A DNA stretch of 32,000 nt. Origin: Pyrodictium abyssi (lineage in GTDB: Archaea; Thermoproteota; Thermoprotei_A; Sulfolobales; Pyrodictiaceae). Made by a program: the position numbers and the translations under genes. The stretch is taken from assembly GCF_036323395.1 (NCBI RefSeq), contig NZ_AP028907.1:1920001-1952000 (forward strand), given 5' to 3'. The notes beneath the pieces were generated by a model. That model was not told the origin of the DNA. It saw nothing but the letters and a program-made list of their open reading frames with translations, and made no database searches. Shown one piece after another: positions 8,904 to 18,891 of the stretch (position 1 is the first letter of the stretch; each line of letters starts with the position of its first letter).

Positions 8904-10784
8904 CTAGGTTATGATCAGCGGCTTTGCGCCCTCCTCGAGGACCTCGTCTAAGAGGCTCCTTGGGAAGGGTACTGGGGTGGCGGTGTAGTCCAGCTCTACC
9001 GGAGTCCCTGTGGGCTGTGTGGCCTCTATGCTTACTGTTAGCTGGCTCCCGGGCTCGACGGTGTAGAGGACCAGGCCCGGGTCCTCTAGCACCAGTGTCT
9101 CGTTGTACGTTATGGTGAATGTGGAGTAGTAGGGGTCGCCCCACATGTAGTCTACTATAGTTCTCGACGCGGTGTAGGTCTTCCTGTCGAGTACTATCCT
9201 CTCCACGGGCCGGGCCTCGGCTACAGGCTCTAGCCGGAGGGTTGTCGGCGCCAGCAGCTCGTTCGCGTTAGCGGTCTCGGTGTGGCTGTGGGCTATGTAG
9301 AGTAGGAGTTCGGTGCCGACCATGGCGTAGCTCCCGACTCCAGGCACATAATGGAAACGGCTTACCCATGCGCCGGCCCATGCCGCGTAGCTCACCTCGA
9401 GCACTGCTACAGCCGCGGTGGCGGTGGGGCCCAACCGCTTCACCAGCTCCGGCCCTATAGTGATGGTCACTGCTACCGGGTGGTCTAGCCTGGCCACGTT
9501 CCGGCCCTCTATGCGTATTGTCTCTGTGTAGAGCGCCTCCTGGACCCGCGCCTGCCAGGAGGGGTCCACTTGGCTCGCCATGCCTCTGGCTACGACTAGT
9601 TTGCCAGGGTCGTAGGTATTGGGCGGGAGGAGGTGCAGCTTCACCGAGACGTGGGTGACCGGCAGGGCTAGGGTGCTAGTGTAAGTGCACGAGGTTATGA
9701 CGCCGCAGTAGTCCTGGGCACGCCACCCGGTGACGGTCTCGTTGACGGCTGCGCTGACGGGGTCCCGGGGCAGGAGTAGCAACGTTATGGTCTCGGATTT
9801 CGACTCCGTGGTTACCAGGAAGGGTATGTAGATGGCGCCTACTGCTCCGCCGGAGAGCCAGGAGGCACTATGGTCGTAGTCGTTGAATGGGATAGGGAAG
9901 CTTATCGAGGACATCCATCGCCAGTAGCGGCCCCTGTAGAGGGCGAAGATCTCGCTTGTCGTGTATAGTAGGCCCTCCTTGGTGAACCCTATCTTGGGCT
10001 TCCAGCGGTACTTTTCATAGATGTCTGCGCAGGCGTAGACCCTCGCCTCCCGGTGCTCCAGCCGCAGCAGGCCCCCTGCTATGGGCTCCAGGACGCGGCG
10101 GCGGACGTAGAGCTCGCCGCAGCCACAGCAGCCCAGATCCCGCTCGCTGCTCTCCACGCTGTCGCGGACCGGCAGCCCCGCTATCCTGTAGAGCTGCGCC
10201 TTCTCTGGATCGGTGTTGACGCCGGGCAGGGGGCCATCCCCAGCAGCTCTCGCAACATCCTCGACGCTGTCTACGGGCAGCAGTGGGCCCGCAAACCACA
10301 CCGGCTGCAGAACCGGGCCATACTGGACAAGCAGCACCTCCCGCACAGCCTCGCCTACCAGGCTCTCGGTGTCTACGTTCGCGGTATTGTTGGCGGTCTC
10401 CAGTGGTGCGCTCGCTACGCTAGCCATTGCTGCGACGGAGCTGGCTACGGGGTCGGCTGCCCCTACCCGTAGGTTCCCCCTCTTCGCTACGTAGATCTTG
10501 GACTGGTCGGCGGGCCAGGGTAGGGTCACGGTGGTAACGTTCACGGCTACGTGGGGGATGCCATTGGGATCAACTACTATGATGTCTGCTGGCTCGGGTA
10601 GGCTGATAACGTTACTTGATATGTTTGCGTGCTCGGCTATGAAGCGGGCGCGTTCATACAGTTGCTGCTGCTCGTGGATTGCTTGTGTGACAGTCCTGCC
10701 CATGTAAGCTATGTATACCGCTATGCTGGCTAATGCTAGGAGCATGATTAGCCCGGCATAAACCGTGCCTATGCCCCTCAGCAT
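8904..10784 (-). CDS. large exported protein with class III-like (pilin) N-terminus
   Basis: Proposed start MLRGIGTVYAGLIMLLALASIAVYIAYM at 10784; long beta-rich ectodomain with N-glycosylation-type sequons and Cys pairs. Confidence 0.6.
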   Translation of the reverse strand: MLRGIGTVYAGLIMLLALASIAVYIAYMGRTVTQAIHEQQQLYERARFIAEHANISSNVISLPEPADIIVVDPNGIPHVAVNVTTVTLPWPADQSKIYVAKRGNLRVGAADPVASSVAAMASVASAPLETANNTANVDTESLVGEAVREVLLVQYGPVLQPVWFAGPLLPVDSVEDVARAAGDGPLPGVNTDPEKAQLYRIAGLPVRDSVESSERDLGCCGCGELYVRRRVLEPIAGGLLRLEHREARVYACADIYEKYRWKPKIGFTKEGLLYTTSEIFALYRGRYWRWMSSISFPIPFNDYDHSASWLSGGAVGAIYIPFLVTTESKSETITLLLLPRDPVSAAVNETVTGWRAQDYCGVITSCTYTSTLALPVTHVSVKLHLLPPNTYDPGKLVVARGMASQVDPSWQARVQEALYTETIRIEGRNVARLDHPVAVTITIGPELVKRLGPTATAAVAVLEVSYAAWAGAWVSRFHYVPGVGSYAMVGTELLLYIAHSHTETANANELLAPTTLRLEPVAEARPVERIVLDRKTYTASRTIVDYMWGDPYYSTFTITYNETLVLEDPGLVLYTVEPGSQLTVSIEATQPTGTPVELDYTATPVPFPRSLLDEVLEEGAKPLIIT

Positions 10785-10849
10785 GAGCCACCCCTTCTCC
10801 CGGCTTCTCCGGGTAGACTGGGGAGCCCGGGAGAAGGAGGCGCGACACC

Positions 10850-11170
10850 ATGCGCGCATTATCCGAGCTCTACGCGGCGATACTGCTCTTTGCGGCCAGT
10901 GTAGCCGTCGCTGGCATGCTCTACAGCTACGTGGAGGCACACATCCCTAGGCATGAGCCGCCGCGCCCCGTGCGCGTTCTCGAGCTCAACGAGACCCACG
11001 TAGTCTGCTACACACCGTTCACGGTGAACCTCACCTACTGGCAGACAGTGGGAAGCTTCAGCTGCTGGCTGGTGCCAAACATTTCTAGCAGCGCGCTGGA
11101 CCCGTGTCCCCCCGTCCTCGAGCCAGGCACCTACATCCTCGTGAGCCCTCCATGGCTCTGCAGCCCTTGA
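10850..11170 (+). CDS. short type IV pilin-like protein
   Basis: 'MRALSELYAAILLFAASVAVAGMLYSYVEAHI' class III-like N-terminus, short ectodomain; divergent from the 8904-10784 gene. Confidence 0.55.
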   Translation: MRALSELYAAILLFAASVAVAGMLYSYVEAHIPRHEPPRPVRVLELNETHVVCYTPFTVNLTYWQTVGSFSCWLVPNISSSALDPCPPVLEPGTYILVSPPWLCSP

Positions 11171-11184
11171 AGGAGGCGAGGGCG

Positions 11185-12798
11185 ATGAGCGAGGCGGAGG
11201 CCAGGGAGCTAGAACATGGAAAGGAGGACCTCCTGCTAAGCCTCCTCGAGGAGCCGGGAGCCCCGGAGCCAAGAGTCGGGGAGGTGTCAGGAGCTCCTGA
11301 GGCCCCCGAGGAGCCTGCTGGGGACGTGGAGGAGCTTACGAGTGTGGAACCCGAGGAGGTGCTCGAGGAGCCCGGTGAGGCTGGAGGGCAAGAAGCCGGG
11401 GAGAGCGCTAGCGGTACCAGCGGGATCCTTGAGTATAGCGTCGGAGTGCTTACCGTGGTAGTCTCTGAGGACCAGTACGAGGTTGTGGAGCCCCGGCTCG
11501 ACCCTGACGCGGAGAGAGCCCTCCACGCCGTCGTGGAGTACCTGGCGAAGCATGGGCTGGGCCCCGAGAAGGCGGGGGAGGCAGCGGAGAAGCTCGGGCT
11601 AGCCTCTCATGCTCAGCGGCAGCCCGAGGCCTTCCGCTACTACGTCGAGAAGGCCCTCAGCCCCTGGGGGTTCCTCTACCCCTTGATACTCGATCCCCAC
11701 ATCGAGGAGATAAGCGTCGTAGCAGGGAGGCCCGTGGACGTTATACACCGGAGGCTCCCCGGCCGGGAGTACATACCGACAAACATAGCCGCGCCGCCCG
11801 AGAGGGAGCTCCGAGAATACGTTCAGCGCCTCGCAGCCGCCGCGGGCACGGCTGTCTCCCCCGCGTTCCCGATAGCGGAGGCCGAGCTCGATGGCCACAG
11901 GGTCACTATCGTTCTCGGCAGCATAGCGAGCGCCACGAGCCTCTCAGTACGCAAGCACCCCGAGAAGCCGCTGGGGCTAGAGGACCTCATAGCAGACGGC
12001 ATGCTGAGCAGAGAGGCGGCGGAGTACCTGCTACTCGTGCTGCTGAGCCGCGGAATGGTGTTCATAGTGGGTCCGCAGGGCACCGGCAAGACCACGCTGC
12101 TCAACGCGCTGATGGAGAAGCTGCCCCAGGACTGGAAGCTGGTGGCGATAGAGGATGTACCTGAACTTAGGCCGAGGCACCCGCGCTTCATAAGCCTCCG
12201 CGTCAGGAGGGCGAGAAGCCTCGCTGCGAGTCGGCAGACCGAGGTGACGTACCAGGACCTGGTCCGTGTCGCTCTAAGGCTCCGGGGCCAGTTCACGGCG
12301 ATAACAGAGGCCCGTGGCGAGGAGATACTTGACCTCTTCGAGGTAGCAGCACTAGGCGAAGCCTCCGCCGCGACCTTCCACGCTAGAGACTGGAGGGAGC
12401 TGAAGCTCAGACTGCTGAAGCTAGGCGTTAGAGAAGACATGCTGGTGCTGCTCTGGTCTGTGGTGGTCCTCAGCAAGGTGAGGCTGAAGGACGGGAGAAC
12501 CGTCCGCAGAGTCGTGGCAATCTACGAGGTGGAGCCCGACGGCAGCGAACGGCTCCTCTTCCGCTACGACCCCGAGAAGGACGTGCTCGTGAAGGTGGCG
12601 GAGCCTCGCCGCATCACCTTCTCCCCGCTGAGCGAGTCAAGCGGGGATAGAAGTGGAGGAGGCCCGGGCACAGGTTCAGGCCCAGAGAGCCAGGAAGGTC
12701 ATAACGCTGTATCAGCTAGCCGTGACGGCAGCGTCGACGCTGCTGATACTGACGGGAATAGTGCCTTGGAGAGCGCTTCTGGGTCTAGCGGAACCTGA
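11185..12798 (+). CDS. TadA/GspE/VirB11-type secretion ATPase
   Basis: Walker A 'FIVGPQGTGKTTLLNAL', 'KLVAIEDVPEL', 'RLRGQFTAITEARGEEILDLFEVAALGEASAATFHA' (Walker B / His box). Start taken at internal MSEAEARE (11185). Confidence 0.85.
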   Translation: MSEAEARELEHGKEDLLLSLLEEPGAPEPRVGEVSGAPEAPEEPAGDVEELTSVEPEEVLEEPGEAGGQEAGESASGTSGILEYSVGVLTVVVSEDQYEVVEPRLDPDAERALHAVVEYLAKHGLGPEKAGEAAEKLGLASHAQRQPEAFRYYVEKALSPWGFLYPLILDPHIEEISVVAGRPVDVIHRRLPGREYIPTNIAAPPERELREYVQRLAAAAGTAVSPAFPIAEAELDGHRVTIVLGSIASATSLSVRKHPEKPLGLEDLIADGMLSREAAEYLLLVLLSRGMVFIVGPQGTGKTTLLNALMEKLPQDWKLVAIEDVPELRPRHPRFISLRVRRARSLAASRQTEVTYQDLVRVALRLRGQFTAITEARGEEILDLFEVAALGEASAATFHARDWRELKLRLLKLGVREDMLVLLWSVVVLSKVRLKDGRTVRRVVAIYEVEPDGSERLLFRYDPEKDVLVKVAEPRRITFSPLSESSGDRSGGGPGTGSGPESQEGHNAVSASRDGSVDAADTDGNSALESASGSSGT

Positions 12799-14617
12799 GG
12801 TTCACGTTACACCCGCGTTGCTCGGCCTGGGCATCTTTCTATTCGCGCTGGTGGTCATGGATCTGGCGACCGGGCTGTTCTACCGTCTAGCGCTCTACCC
12901 GTCTAGGCGCCTAGTCCTAGCAGCCGCGCTCTCGATGATAGCACTAGGCGTGGTCTCGTCGACGCTGCAGCTCGAGAGGAGCCCGCTGCTAGCCGCCATC
13001 GGGGCAGCCCCCATAGCCCCCGGGGCCTGGCTGCTCTACAGGCTGAAGAAGAAGGCCGAGGAGAGGCCCGAGGAGCCCCGTGGCCTCCTCAGATACGTAG
13101 TCCCCGCGGTTCTAGGCATCACCCCGCTCGGGGAGAGGATTACCGCAAGACTAGGGATCCTCGAGGCCGCCGACCGGGCGGGGATAAGGTGGACCCGGCT
13201 CGAGGCTGCCGCGATAACTAGCCTCGTGCTCGTGGCCGGACTGGCGTCTACATGTATTATACTAGGTGTAGCGGCCTTAACGGGGAGTAGACTGCTCCTA
13301 GCGGTATCCCCGCTGCCGCTGCTGGTACTCCCACTTCTCAGGCTACACCTCGACGCTAAGGCAAAGGAGAGAGCGAGGATAGCGGAGGAGGAGCTGCCGT
13401 ACCTTAGCTTGTGGGCGTGGCTGCTCGAGCGCTCGGGTAGCGGCGGCCTCGAGGACGCGCTCGAGGAGGCACGTAGAAGCGGGCTGTTGCTGGCGCTGGG
13501 GGCTGACGCCGGTAAGAGCCTCGAGGAGCTGGCCCGGAGGCATCCCTCGAGGAGGCTGCGCAGGTTCTATGCATACTACCTTGCGATAAGGGATACTGGC
13601 GGTGATGTAGCTGCATTCTTGGCAGATATTCTACGTTCTGAGATCGATGAGCTAAGAGCCAGAGTTACTGCCTACGCGGAGAACGGTGTGGCACTGGGCA
13701 CCGGCTTGTTGGGCATGCTTGGCACGGCTCTCATATTCGTGCTGTTCAGCGCATTCCTGGGCGCTGGGGGCGCCGGTCTAGCAGCCATAGCCATTCTCCT
13801 AGCCGCTCCTATGGGCTACCTCGTGCTCTCGATGCAGCAGCCGAGGCTGCGCGAGCGCTACGAGGACGCTAAGGCGGCTGTGGCCGCAGTGGTGGCTGCC
13901 AGCGCTGCGGCGCTGCTGGGCTCGCTGCTTATGCTGCCAGCAATCATGGCTGTAGGCCTGGCTGCAACCGCCGGGCTAAGCGTCTACGGCGTAGCATTCA
14001 GGGCGCAGAAGCGCATAGTGAACAAAGAAGAACAGGAGTTGCTGCCACTCCTCAGAATGGTTATCGAGTACACTAGGAGCATGTCGGATAAGCCCATATC
14101 CCAGCTACTGGGGCAAGCAGCTGGTAGTGTCGAGGAGCCGCTAGCTGGCGTAGCGCGGGCCGCGGCGAAGACTGGAAACGTGGCAGCCCGGAGCTGGCTG
14201 GCCCGCTACACTCTCTACACAGTAGTCAAGCTGGTAGGAGGCCAAGGCGCGAGCGACCCCCTGGCGCTCGAGAGGCTCTACGACCTAGTCTACGCGCATG
14301 TTAACACGTACAAGGCCGCGTCTATGCGGCTGAGGATGCTTGGTGCCCTGGCAGTAGGCTTCCCGCCGGTAGTGGTCGCGGCCGCGTCTGGGCTCCAGAA
14401 GATAGTAGGAGGCACAGTGGCGCCGATGCTGCAGGCGCTGCCGGTATCGTTTACAGGAGGCATAGCAGAGGTCATAGCCTGGCTAGCTCTGCTAGGAGCC
14501 GGTGTAATGGGTTTCCTAGCAGCCAAGGCTGTAAGCCTGACTGTAAGGGACACGCTCTGGCCCCTGGCCGCTGTGCTAGCGACGCTGCTCTCCATCCTCG
14601 CCTTCGGGGCTTTTTAA
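12653..14617 (+). CDS. TadC/FlaJ-like (T2SSF) polytopic membrane protein
   Basis: 654 aa with multiple TM segments; 'LPYLSLWAWLLERSGSGGLEDALEEARRSG...FLADILRSEIDELRARVTAYAENGVALGTGLLGMLGTALIFVLFSAF' and a second repeat. Overlaps the ATPase 3' end, typical of tad/fla-type operons. Confidence 0.75.
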   Translation: MEEARAQVQAQRARKVITLYQLAVTAASTLLILTGIVPWRALLGLAEPEVHVTPALLGLGIFLFALVVMDLATGLFYRLALYPSRRLVLAAALSMIALGVVSSTLQLERSPLLAAIGAAPIAPGAWLLYRLKKKAEERPEEPRGLLRYVVPAVLGITPLGERITARLGILEAADRAGIRWTRLEAAAITSLVLVAGLASTCIILGVAALTGSRLLLAVSPLPLLVLPLLRLHLDAKAKERARIAEEELPYLSLWAWLLERSGSGGLEDALEEARRSGLLLALGADAGKSLEELARRHPSRRLRRFYAYYLAIRDTGGDVAAFLADILRSEIDELRARVTAYAENGVALGTGLLGMLGTALIFVLFSAFLGAGGAGLAAIAILLAAPMGYLVLSMQQPRLRERYEDAKAAVAAVVAASAAALLGSLLMLPAIMAVGLAATAGLSVYGVAFRAQKRIVNKEEQELLPLLRMVIEYTRSMSDKPISQLLGQAAGSVEEPLAGVARAAAKTGNVAARSWLARYTLYTVVKLVGGQGASDPLALERLYDLVYAHVNTYKAASMRLRMLGALAVGFPPVVVAAASGLQKIVGGTVAPMLQALPVSFTGGIAEVIAWLALLGAGVMGFLAAKAVSLTVRDTLWPLAAVLATLLSILAFGAF

Positions 14618-14660
14618 TGGGGCAGTATTATAAGCCATTCAAACCCGTTTTCAAATCCTC

Positions 14661-15590
14661 GTGGGTTATGTACGGAAAGCTCAACAGGTCATACCTCCTG
14701 TCTGGATGCATGGGCTGCCTACATTGGCTGCCAGCGTAACTAGGACCCGGCAGCGGTATGGCGCAGAGCTAGCGCTGGACCTGCTACTAGCCGAGGCTCT
14801 GGGCAAGGGCTACAGGGTAGACGAGGAGGCGGAGCAGTACCGCCGGCTCATAGTCGCTGGGCTGGAGAGGCTAGGGGTGAAGCGCTACAGGGAGGCAACC
14901 GAGCTAGCATACGCCACGGCTTGGCTCATAGACGGCGAGTGCCGGGTCGACGACGGGCGCGGAGCCGACCTACGCGCGCTCGCAGCCGCTGCAGTGTACT
15001 GGGCTTGGCTCGTAGAGCATTCACGGGGGCTCCTCGGCAGGCCCGTGGCCCAGAGGGCATGGGAGCTGGTGGGTAGCAGTAGGGCCAGTTTCTACAGGGC
15101 GATAAGGATATGGAGCGAGTGCTTGCTGGGGCTCGGCAGCCATCATGCACTGCTACGGGGAGAGGCTAGGAGCCTAGTGTTCTCGGGTGTCGCCGCTAGC
15201 TATCCCGGCTACTTCATAGCCGCCCTGAGGGGCTATACTCCCGTGGCGGCGGGCTTTCATAGGCTCCGGCTGGGGCGGCTGCGCCCTGTGGAGCTGCTCC
15301 TTCTCCCCCACGGGGATAACACGCGGAGGACGGGAGCCGTGAACGGCAGGATGACTGTCACGTTTGACCTGGAGAGGCTATACAGCCTATTGAGGATGAG
15401 CTTCGACTATCAGCCCTTCTCGGCCCAGGACTTTGCCCGTATCCTAGCGCTCCACTACCCTAGCGCTGTCCAGGTGCTGAAGAAGCTTGAGACGCTGGGC
15501 ATAGTGGAGCGTATAGGCGAGGGCGTCTGGCGGCTCCGGGAGAAACCCATACAGGAGCCTATGTATCCAGCCCATGGAGGCAGGCTTTAG
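14661..15590 (+). CDS. hypothetical helical protein with C-terminal HTH-like segment
   Basis: 309 aa; C-terminal 'FSAQDFARILALHYPSAVQVLKKLETLGIVERIGEGVWRL' is winged-helix-like. Confidence 0.5.
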   Translation: MGYVRKAQQVIPPVWMHGLPTLAASVTRTRQRYGAELALDLLLAEALGKGYRVDEEAEQYRRLIVAGLERLGVKRYREATELAYATAWLIDGECRVDDGRGADLRALAAAAVYWAWLVEHSRGLLGRPVAQRAWELVGSSRASFYRAIRIWSECLLGLGSHHALLRGEARSLVFSGVAASYPGYFIAALRGYTPVAAGFHRLRLGRLRPVELLLLPHGDNTRRTGAVNGRMTVTFDLERLYSLLRMSFDYQPFSAQDFARILALHYPSAVQVLKKLETLGIVERIGEGVWRLREKPIQEPMYPAHGGRL

Positions 15591-15781
15591 AGCCAGCGTC
15601 ATCGGCTACGCGGTCCTATAAATGTTTTACCATCTTGCCGCTCAAGTAGATGCCCCATGGGCGCATCTCTCCTCCCCCGCGCCTCCTACATCCTCCGCCG
15701 CAGCTAGCCCACCCACTCCCCGCCGTTTCTCCCGCCACGAGGCTAGCAACGTGAAGAAGCCAGAAGGGGTGAGCAGAGGGT

Positions 15782-16186
15782 ATGCCCCGCAGACTCCGTG
15801 GCCTGAGCCCCCTCGTGGCATCGGCTATCCTCTTGGCGGCCGTGCTAGCCGTTGGCGCAGTCATATACAGCTATGTGCACACAAGCACAGCAGCGGTAGT
15901 GGAGAAGCCGCAGCTCATGATAACAGCGGACGCAGACTACGTGGGTTCGACGGCCTACGTGGAGATAAGCATAACGAATAGCGGTGGGGCAGCGGCCAAC
16001 ATAACAGACGTGACCATAGACGGGCAGAGCGTCAAGAGCCAGCTATTCAGCGGGAGCTACTACCTGCTGAAGCCCGGCAAGGAGCTACACAAGGTCGTCG
16101 AGCTATCAAACCTCCCCAGCGGCGAGCACATCATAATAGTGACGCTAGCCGACGGCACAGAGTTCAAGTCCAAGTTCACCAGCTAG
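15782..16186 (+). CDS. archaeal type IV pilin
   Basis: 'MPRRLRGLSPLVASAILLAAVLAVGAVIYSYVH' (RRLRG processing-like site followed by hydrophobic helix), beta-rich C-terminal domain. Confidence 0.75.
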   Translation: MPRRLRGLSPLVASAILLAAVLAVGAVIYSYVHTSTAAVVEKPQLMITADADYVGSTAYVEISITNSGGAAANITDVTIDGQSVKSQLFSGSYYLLKPGKELHKVVELSNLPSGEHIIIVTLADGTEFKSKFTS

Positions 16187-16222
16187 CCACACATCCTTTT
16201 TCCTATAACATGCTCCACGGAG

Positions 16223-16546
16223 GTGGTTACTGTGCGCATACGTGCTGCTCTATCCGTGGCTGCTCTGCTCACACTGGTCTCCACACAGCTAGCCCTGGTG
16301 GCCTACGCGCAGACCGAGACCACGACCAACGTGAGCATACCAGCTGTCGAGAAGGTAGTTGGTACTGCCGACTACCTGGCGGGGAAGCTGAAGACATTGG
16401 CCTCGGCGGTCATAGTGATAGCGGGGCTTGTCGGCGTCATAAACTACGCTACGGGCAAGGGGCCGGAGTGGCTCTGGAGAGCAGCAATGGCTGCTGTGCT
16501 GGTGGCTGCGTTCTTCTGGTTCATAGGCTACGTTATGGGCGGGTGA
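16223..16546 (+). CDS. VirB2/TrbC-like conjugative pilin (CedA1/TedC-like candidate)
   Basis: 107 aa: signal peptide ending 'VAYAQ', then two TM helices 'LASAVIVIAGLVGVINYATG' and 'AAMAAVLVAAFFWFIGYVMGG'; immediately upstream of VirB3/VirB4-like genes. Confidence 0.65.
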   Translation: MVTVRIRAALSVAALLTLVSTQLALVAYAQTETTTNVSIPAVEKVVGTADYLAGKLKTLASAVIVIAGLVGVINYATGKGPEWLWRAAMAAVLVAAFFWFIGYVMGG

Positions 16547-16553
16547 CTGGGCC

Positions 16554-17081
16554 GTGCCCCGCCTAGTCTCGGTTTTTAGCATCCCGGACCTCGGCTGGCT
16601 GGAGGAGCCGATAGCGTACCGGTTCGGCGTGGCTATCCGCGTCCGCCACCTCCTGGGGGTGTTCGCCGGCGTCTTCGCTCTCGTGGCGGGCGCGCCGCTC
16701 GAGGCAGCCGCAGCGGTGGCTGGCGCCGGGTTGGTGCTGGGAGCGCTCCCCGTGAAGCCGCCGCTGGGCAAGATGCTTGCCCGCCGCGAGCCCCCGAGGG
16801 AGACTGTCTACTGGGCGCCTATGGGCAGCATACTGGTCTACGTGGTCGTCGAGGAGCCCGGGGAGCTAGTGGTGCTCGTAGACGGGAGGGAGCACGACAG
16901 GCTCCGCGCATCCCCCGGCGTAGCCCGGCTGGAGGTGGCCGGCCTAGAGCCGGGCGAGCACACCATACGCGTCGTGGCCGGCCGGGTTCTCCGGGAGCTG
17001 CGAGTCCTCTCGGGAGAGCCCCGTGCCCAGCCAAAAGAAGCAGGGGCGAGAACAGGGGCGGGACAAAGGAGGGAAGCCTAG
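16554..17081 (+). CDS. VirB3-like membrane protein
   Basis: Short hydrophobic hairpin 'HLLGVFAGVFALVAGAPLEAAAAVAGAGLVLGAL' then cytosolic tail; located between VirB2-like and VirB4-like genes, overlapping the latter. Confidence 0.5.
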   Translation: MPRLVSVFSIPDLGWLEEPIAYRFGVAIRVRHLLGVFAGVFALVAGAPLEAAAAVAGAGLVLGALPVKPPLGKMLARREPPRETVYWAPMGSILVYVVVEEPGELVVLVDGREHDRLRASPGVARLEVAGLEPGEHTIRVVAGRVLRELRVLSGEPRAQPKEAGARTGAGQRREA

Positions 17082-18891
17082 GCCCCGCGAGCCCGGCCTC
17101 ATTTTGCAGGTTAATGGCTACCCCTTCGCCGCGCTGCCCGAGAAGGAGAGGGACCGGTTTCTATCCAAGTGGACAGCGCTACTCAACGCCGCCGCGGGCA
17201 GAGCCCGGGTAAGCGTCTACGCCATGTGGGACGCTGTGGAGGGGTTCCGGTTCCGGCGGCTACTGTTCTTCACAGAGGGCCTCGACCCCGGCCTCCTGGC
17301 CCAGCTCGGCTACGAGCCGAGGCCGGCAGCGGAGCCCTACAGGCCTAGGCCCGTGAAGGCTACGAGAGGGCTTCTCGAGCTGGAGGACGGCAGCTACGCT
17401 AGAGCGTACACCGTTATGAGGCTGCCTGACTCGCTGCCGGAGGCATGGCCCCTAGAGCTCGGCTACGCTGCTGACGAGGTCCACCTGCTCCTGGAGCCCG
17501 TGGAGCCCGCCCGGGCGCGGGGGATGCTCGACCGGAAGCTCTCGATGCTCATGAGCGCGCAGCAGGGCAGCGTTACATGGCAGCTGGAGAGCGAGGCCTA
17601 CCGGCTGCAGCAGCTACAGCAGCTCCTAGGCGGCAAGGCCCGGCTCGTAAAGATAGCCATCGTGATCATTGTGAGGGGCTCCAGCCTCGGGGAGGTCCGT
17701 GAGAGGGCTAGGAGGCTCGAGGAGCTCCTATCCTCGAGGATGGTGGAGTACGCTTCGGGGCCCGGGTTCTACCAGCGCCGCCTCTACAACCTCGAATGGA
17801 CAGTACCAGTGTTCCACTACATCGATACTCTGAGTGCGCAGGCGCTGTACCCGCTGGTGCAGGAGCAGCTGGCCGACTTCGGCGGCTTCTATCTCGGCTA
17901 CGACCTCGACACGGGGGAGCCCGTGGTCTACAACCCCTACGCCCGGCCCAACTACAACGTCGTGGTGCTGGGCGAGAGCGGCTCCGGGAAGAGCATGACC
18001 CTGAAGGTCTACGTCCGGCGCTGGTGGGCCGCCGGGCTGGGCCAGCAGGTCATAATCGTAGACCCTGAGGGCGAGTACGTGGGGATACGAGAGTACCTGG
18101 CGACCGGCCTCGCCGGCTACGAGCTCAGCAAGGACGCTGCGGAGGAGCGGGGCGGCCTCGGCCTAGACCCCGTCAAGCTATACCGGCGGGGAGTCATTGG
18201 CCTCGACGAGGCTGTCGACGTAGTGCAGGAGTTCTACCGTGTCCCCGACGAACTCCGGGGCGAGCTGGTGGAGGCTGTCTCGGAGTCCGAGAGCGTCCTC
18301 GGCGCCGCCAGGCTGGCAGAGGAGAGGGGCACGGGGCTGGAGAGGTACCTGAAGGCCGCCGGGGCCGACTCATGGATATACGAGGGGGAGCCCCCGCTGC
18401 CCACAGGCCGCGGCGCTGTCTACACCCTCGCTGGCATTAGGTCCCGTAGGGCCCGTGCACTAGTAGGAGCGCTTCTAGCGCTCGTGGTGTCCTCGAGGCT
18501 CCGCAACTCGTTGCTAGTAGTAGATGAGGGATGGATGTTCGCACAGTACCCAGCGCTAATGGCAATGTTCGCCGACATAGCGAGGAGAGGCCGCAAGAGG
18601 GGCGTAAACTTCGTGTTCGCCAGCCAGCGGCCGCACGATGTCCTCCGCTCGGAGCACGGCAGGACAATCCTAGAGCAGTCGGCCACCGTGCTTCTACTAC
18701 GCTTGAACGAGGCCTCCCTGGAGGCGGTCAAGCCCATCTATAATCTCAGCGAGGCCGAGGAGGAGCAGCTCCTCGACGCCGAGCCCGGCCAAGGCATCCT
18801 ACGGGTAGCCGGCGGGTGGAGGCTCCGGGTCTACGTGCAGCCCACGCCGGAGGAGCTCCGCGTCTTCAGCACCCGGCCCGGTGAGTGGTAG
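17023..18891 (+). CDS. VirB4/TraC/CedB-like conjugation ATPase
   Basis: Walker A 'VVVLGESGSGKSMTLKVYV', 'QVIIVDPEGEYVGI', Walker B 'NSLLVVDEGWMF', 'RRGRKRGVNFVFASQRPHDV'. Confidence 0.88.
   Translation: MPSQKKQGREQGRDKGGKPRPREPGLILQVNGYPFAALPEKERDRFLSKWTALLNAAAGRARVSVYAMWDAVEGFRFRRLLFFTEGLDPGLLAQLGYEPRPAAEPYRPRPVKATRGLLELEDGSYARAYTVMRLPDSLPEAWPLELGYAADEVHLLLEPVEPARARGMLDRKLSMLMSAQQGSVTWQLESEAYRLQQLQQLLGGKARLVKIAIVIIVRGSSLGEVRERARRLEELLSSRMVEYASGPGFYQRRLYNLEWTVPVFHYIDTLSAQALYPLVQEQLADFGGFYLGYDLDTGEPVVYNPYARPNYNVVVLGESGSGKSMTLKVYVRRWWAAGLGQQVIIVDPEGEYVGIREYLATGLAGYELSKDAAEERGGLGLDPVKLYRRGVIGLDEAVDVVQEFYRVPDELRGELVEAVSESESVLGAARLAEERGTGLERYLKAAGADSWIYEGEPPLPTGRGAVYTLAGIRSRRARALVGALLALVVSSRLRNSLLVVDEGWMFAQYPALMAMFADIARRGRKRGVNFVFASQRPHDVLRSEHGRTILEQSATVLLLRLNEASLEAVKPIYNLSEAEEEQLLDAEPGQGILRVAGGWRLRVYVQPTPEELRVFSTRPGEW

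Noticed and set aside
9900-10900. Several overlapping ORFs (10015-10299, 10053-10472, 10213-10494)
   Set aside because: Out-of-frame shadows of the 8904-10784 gene.
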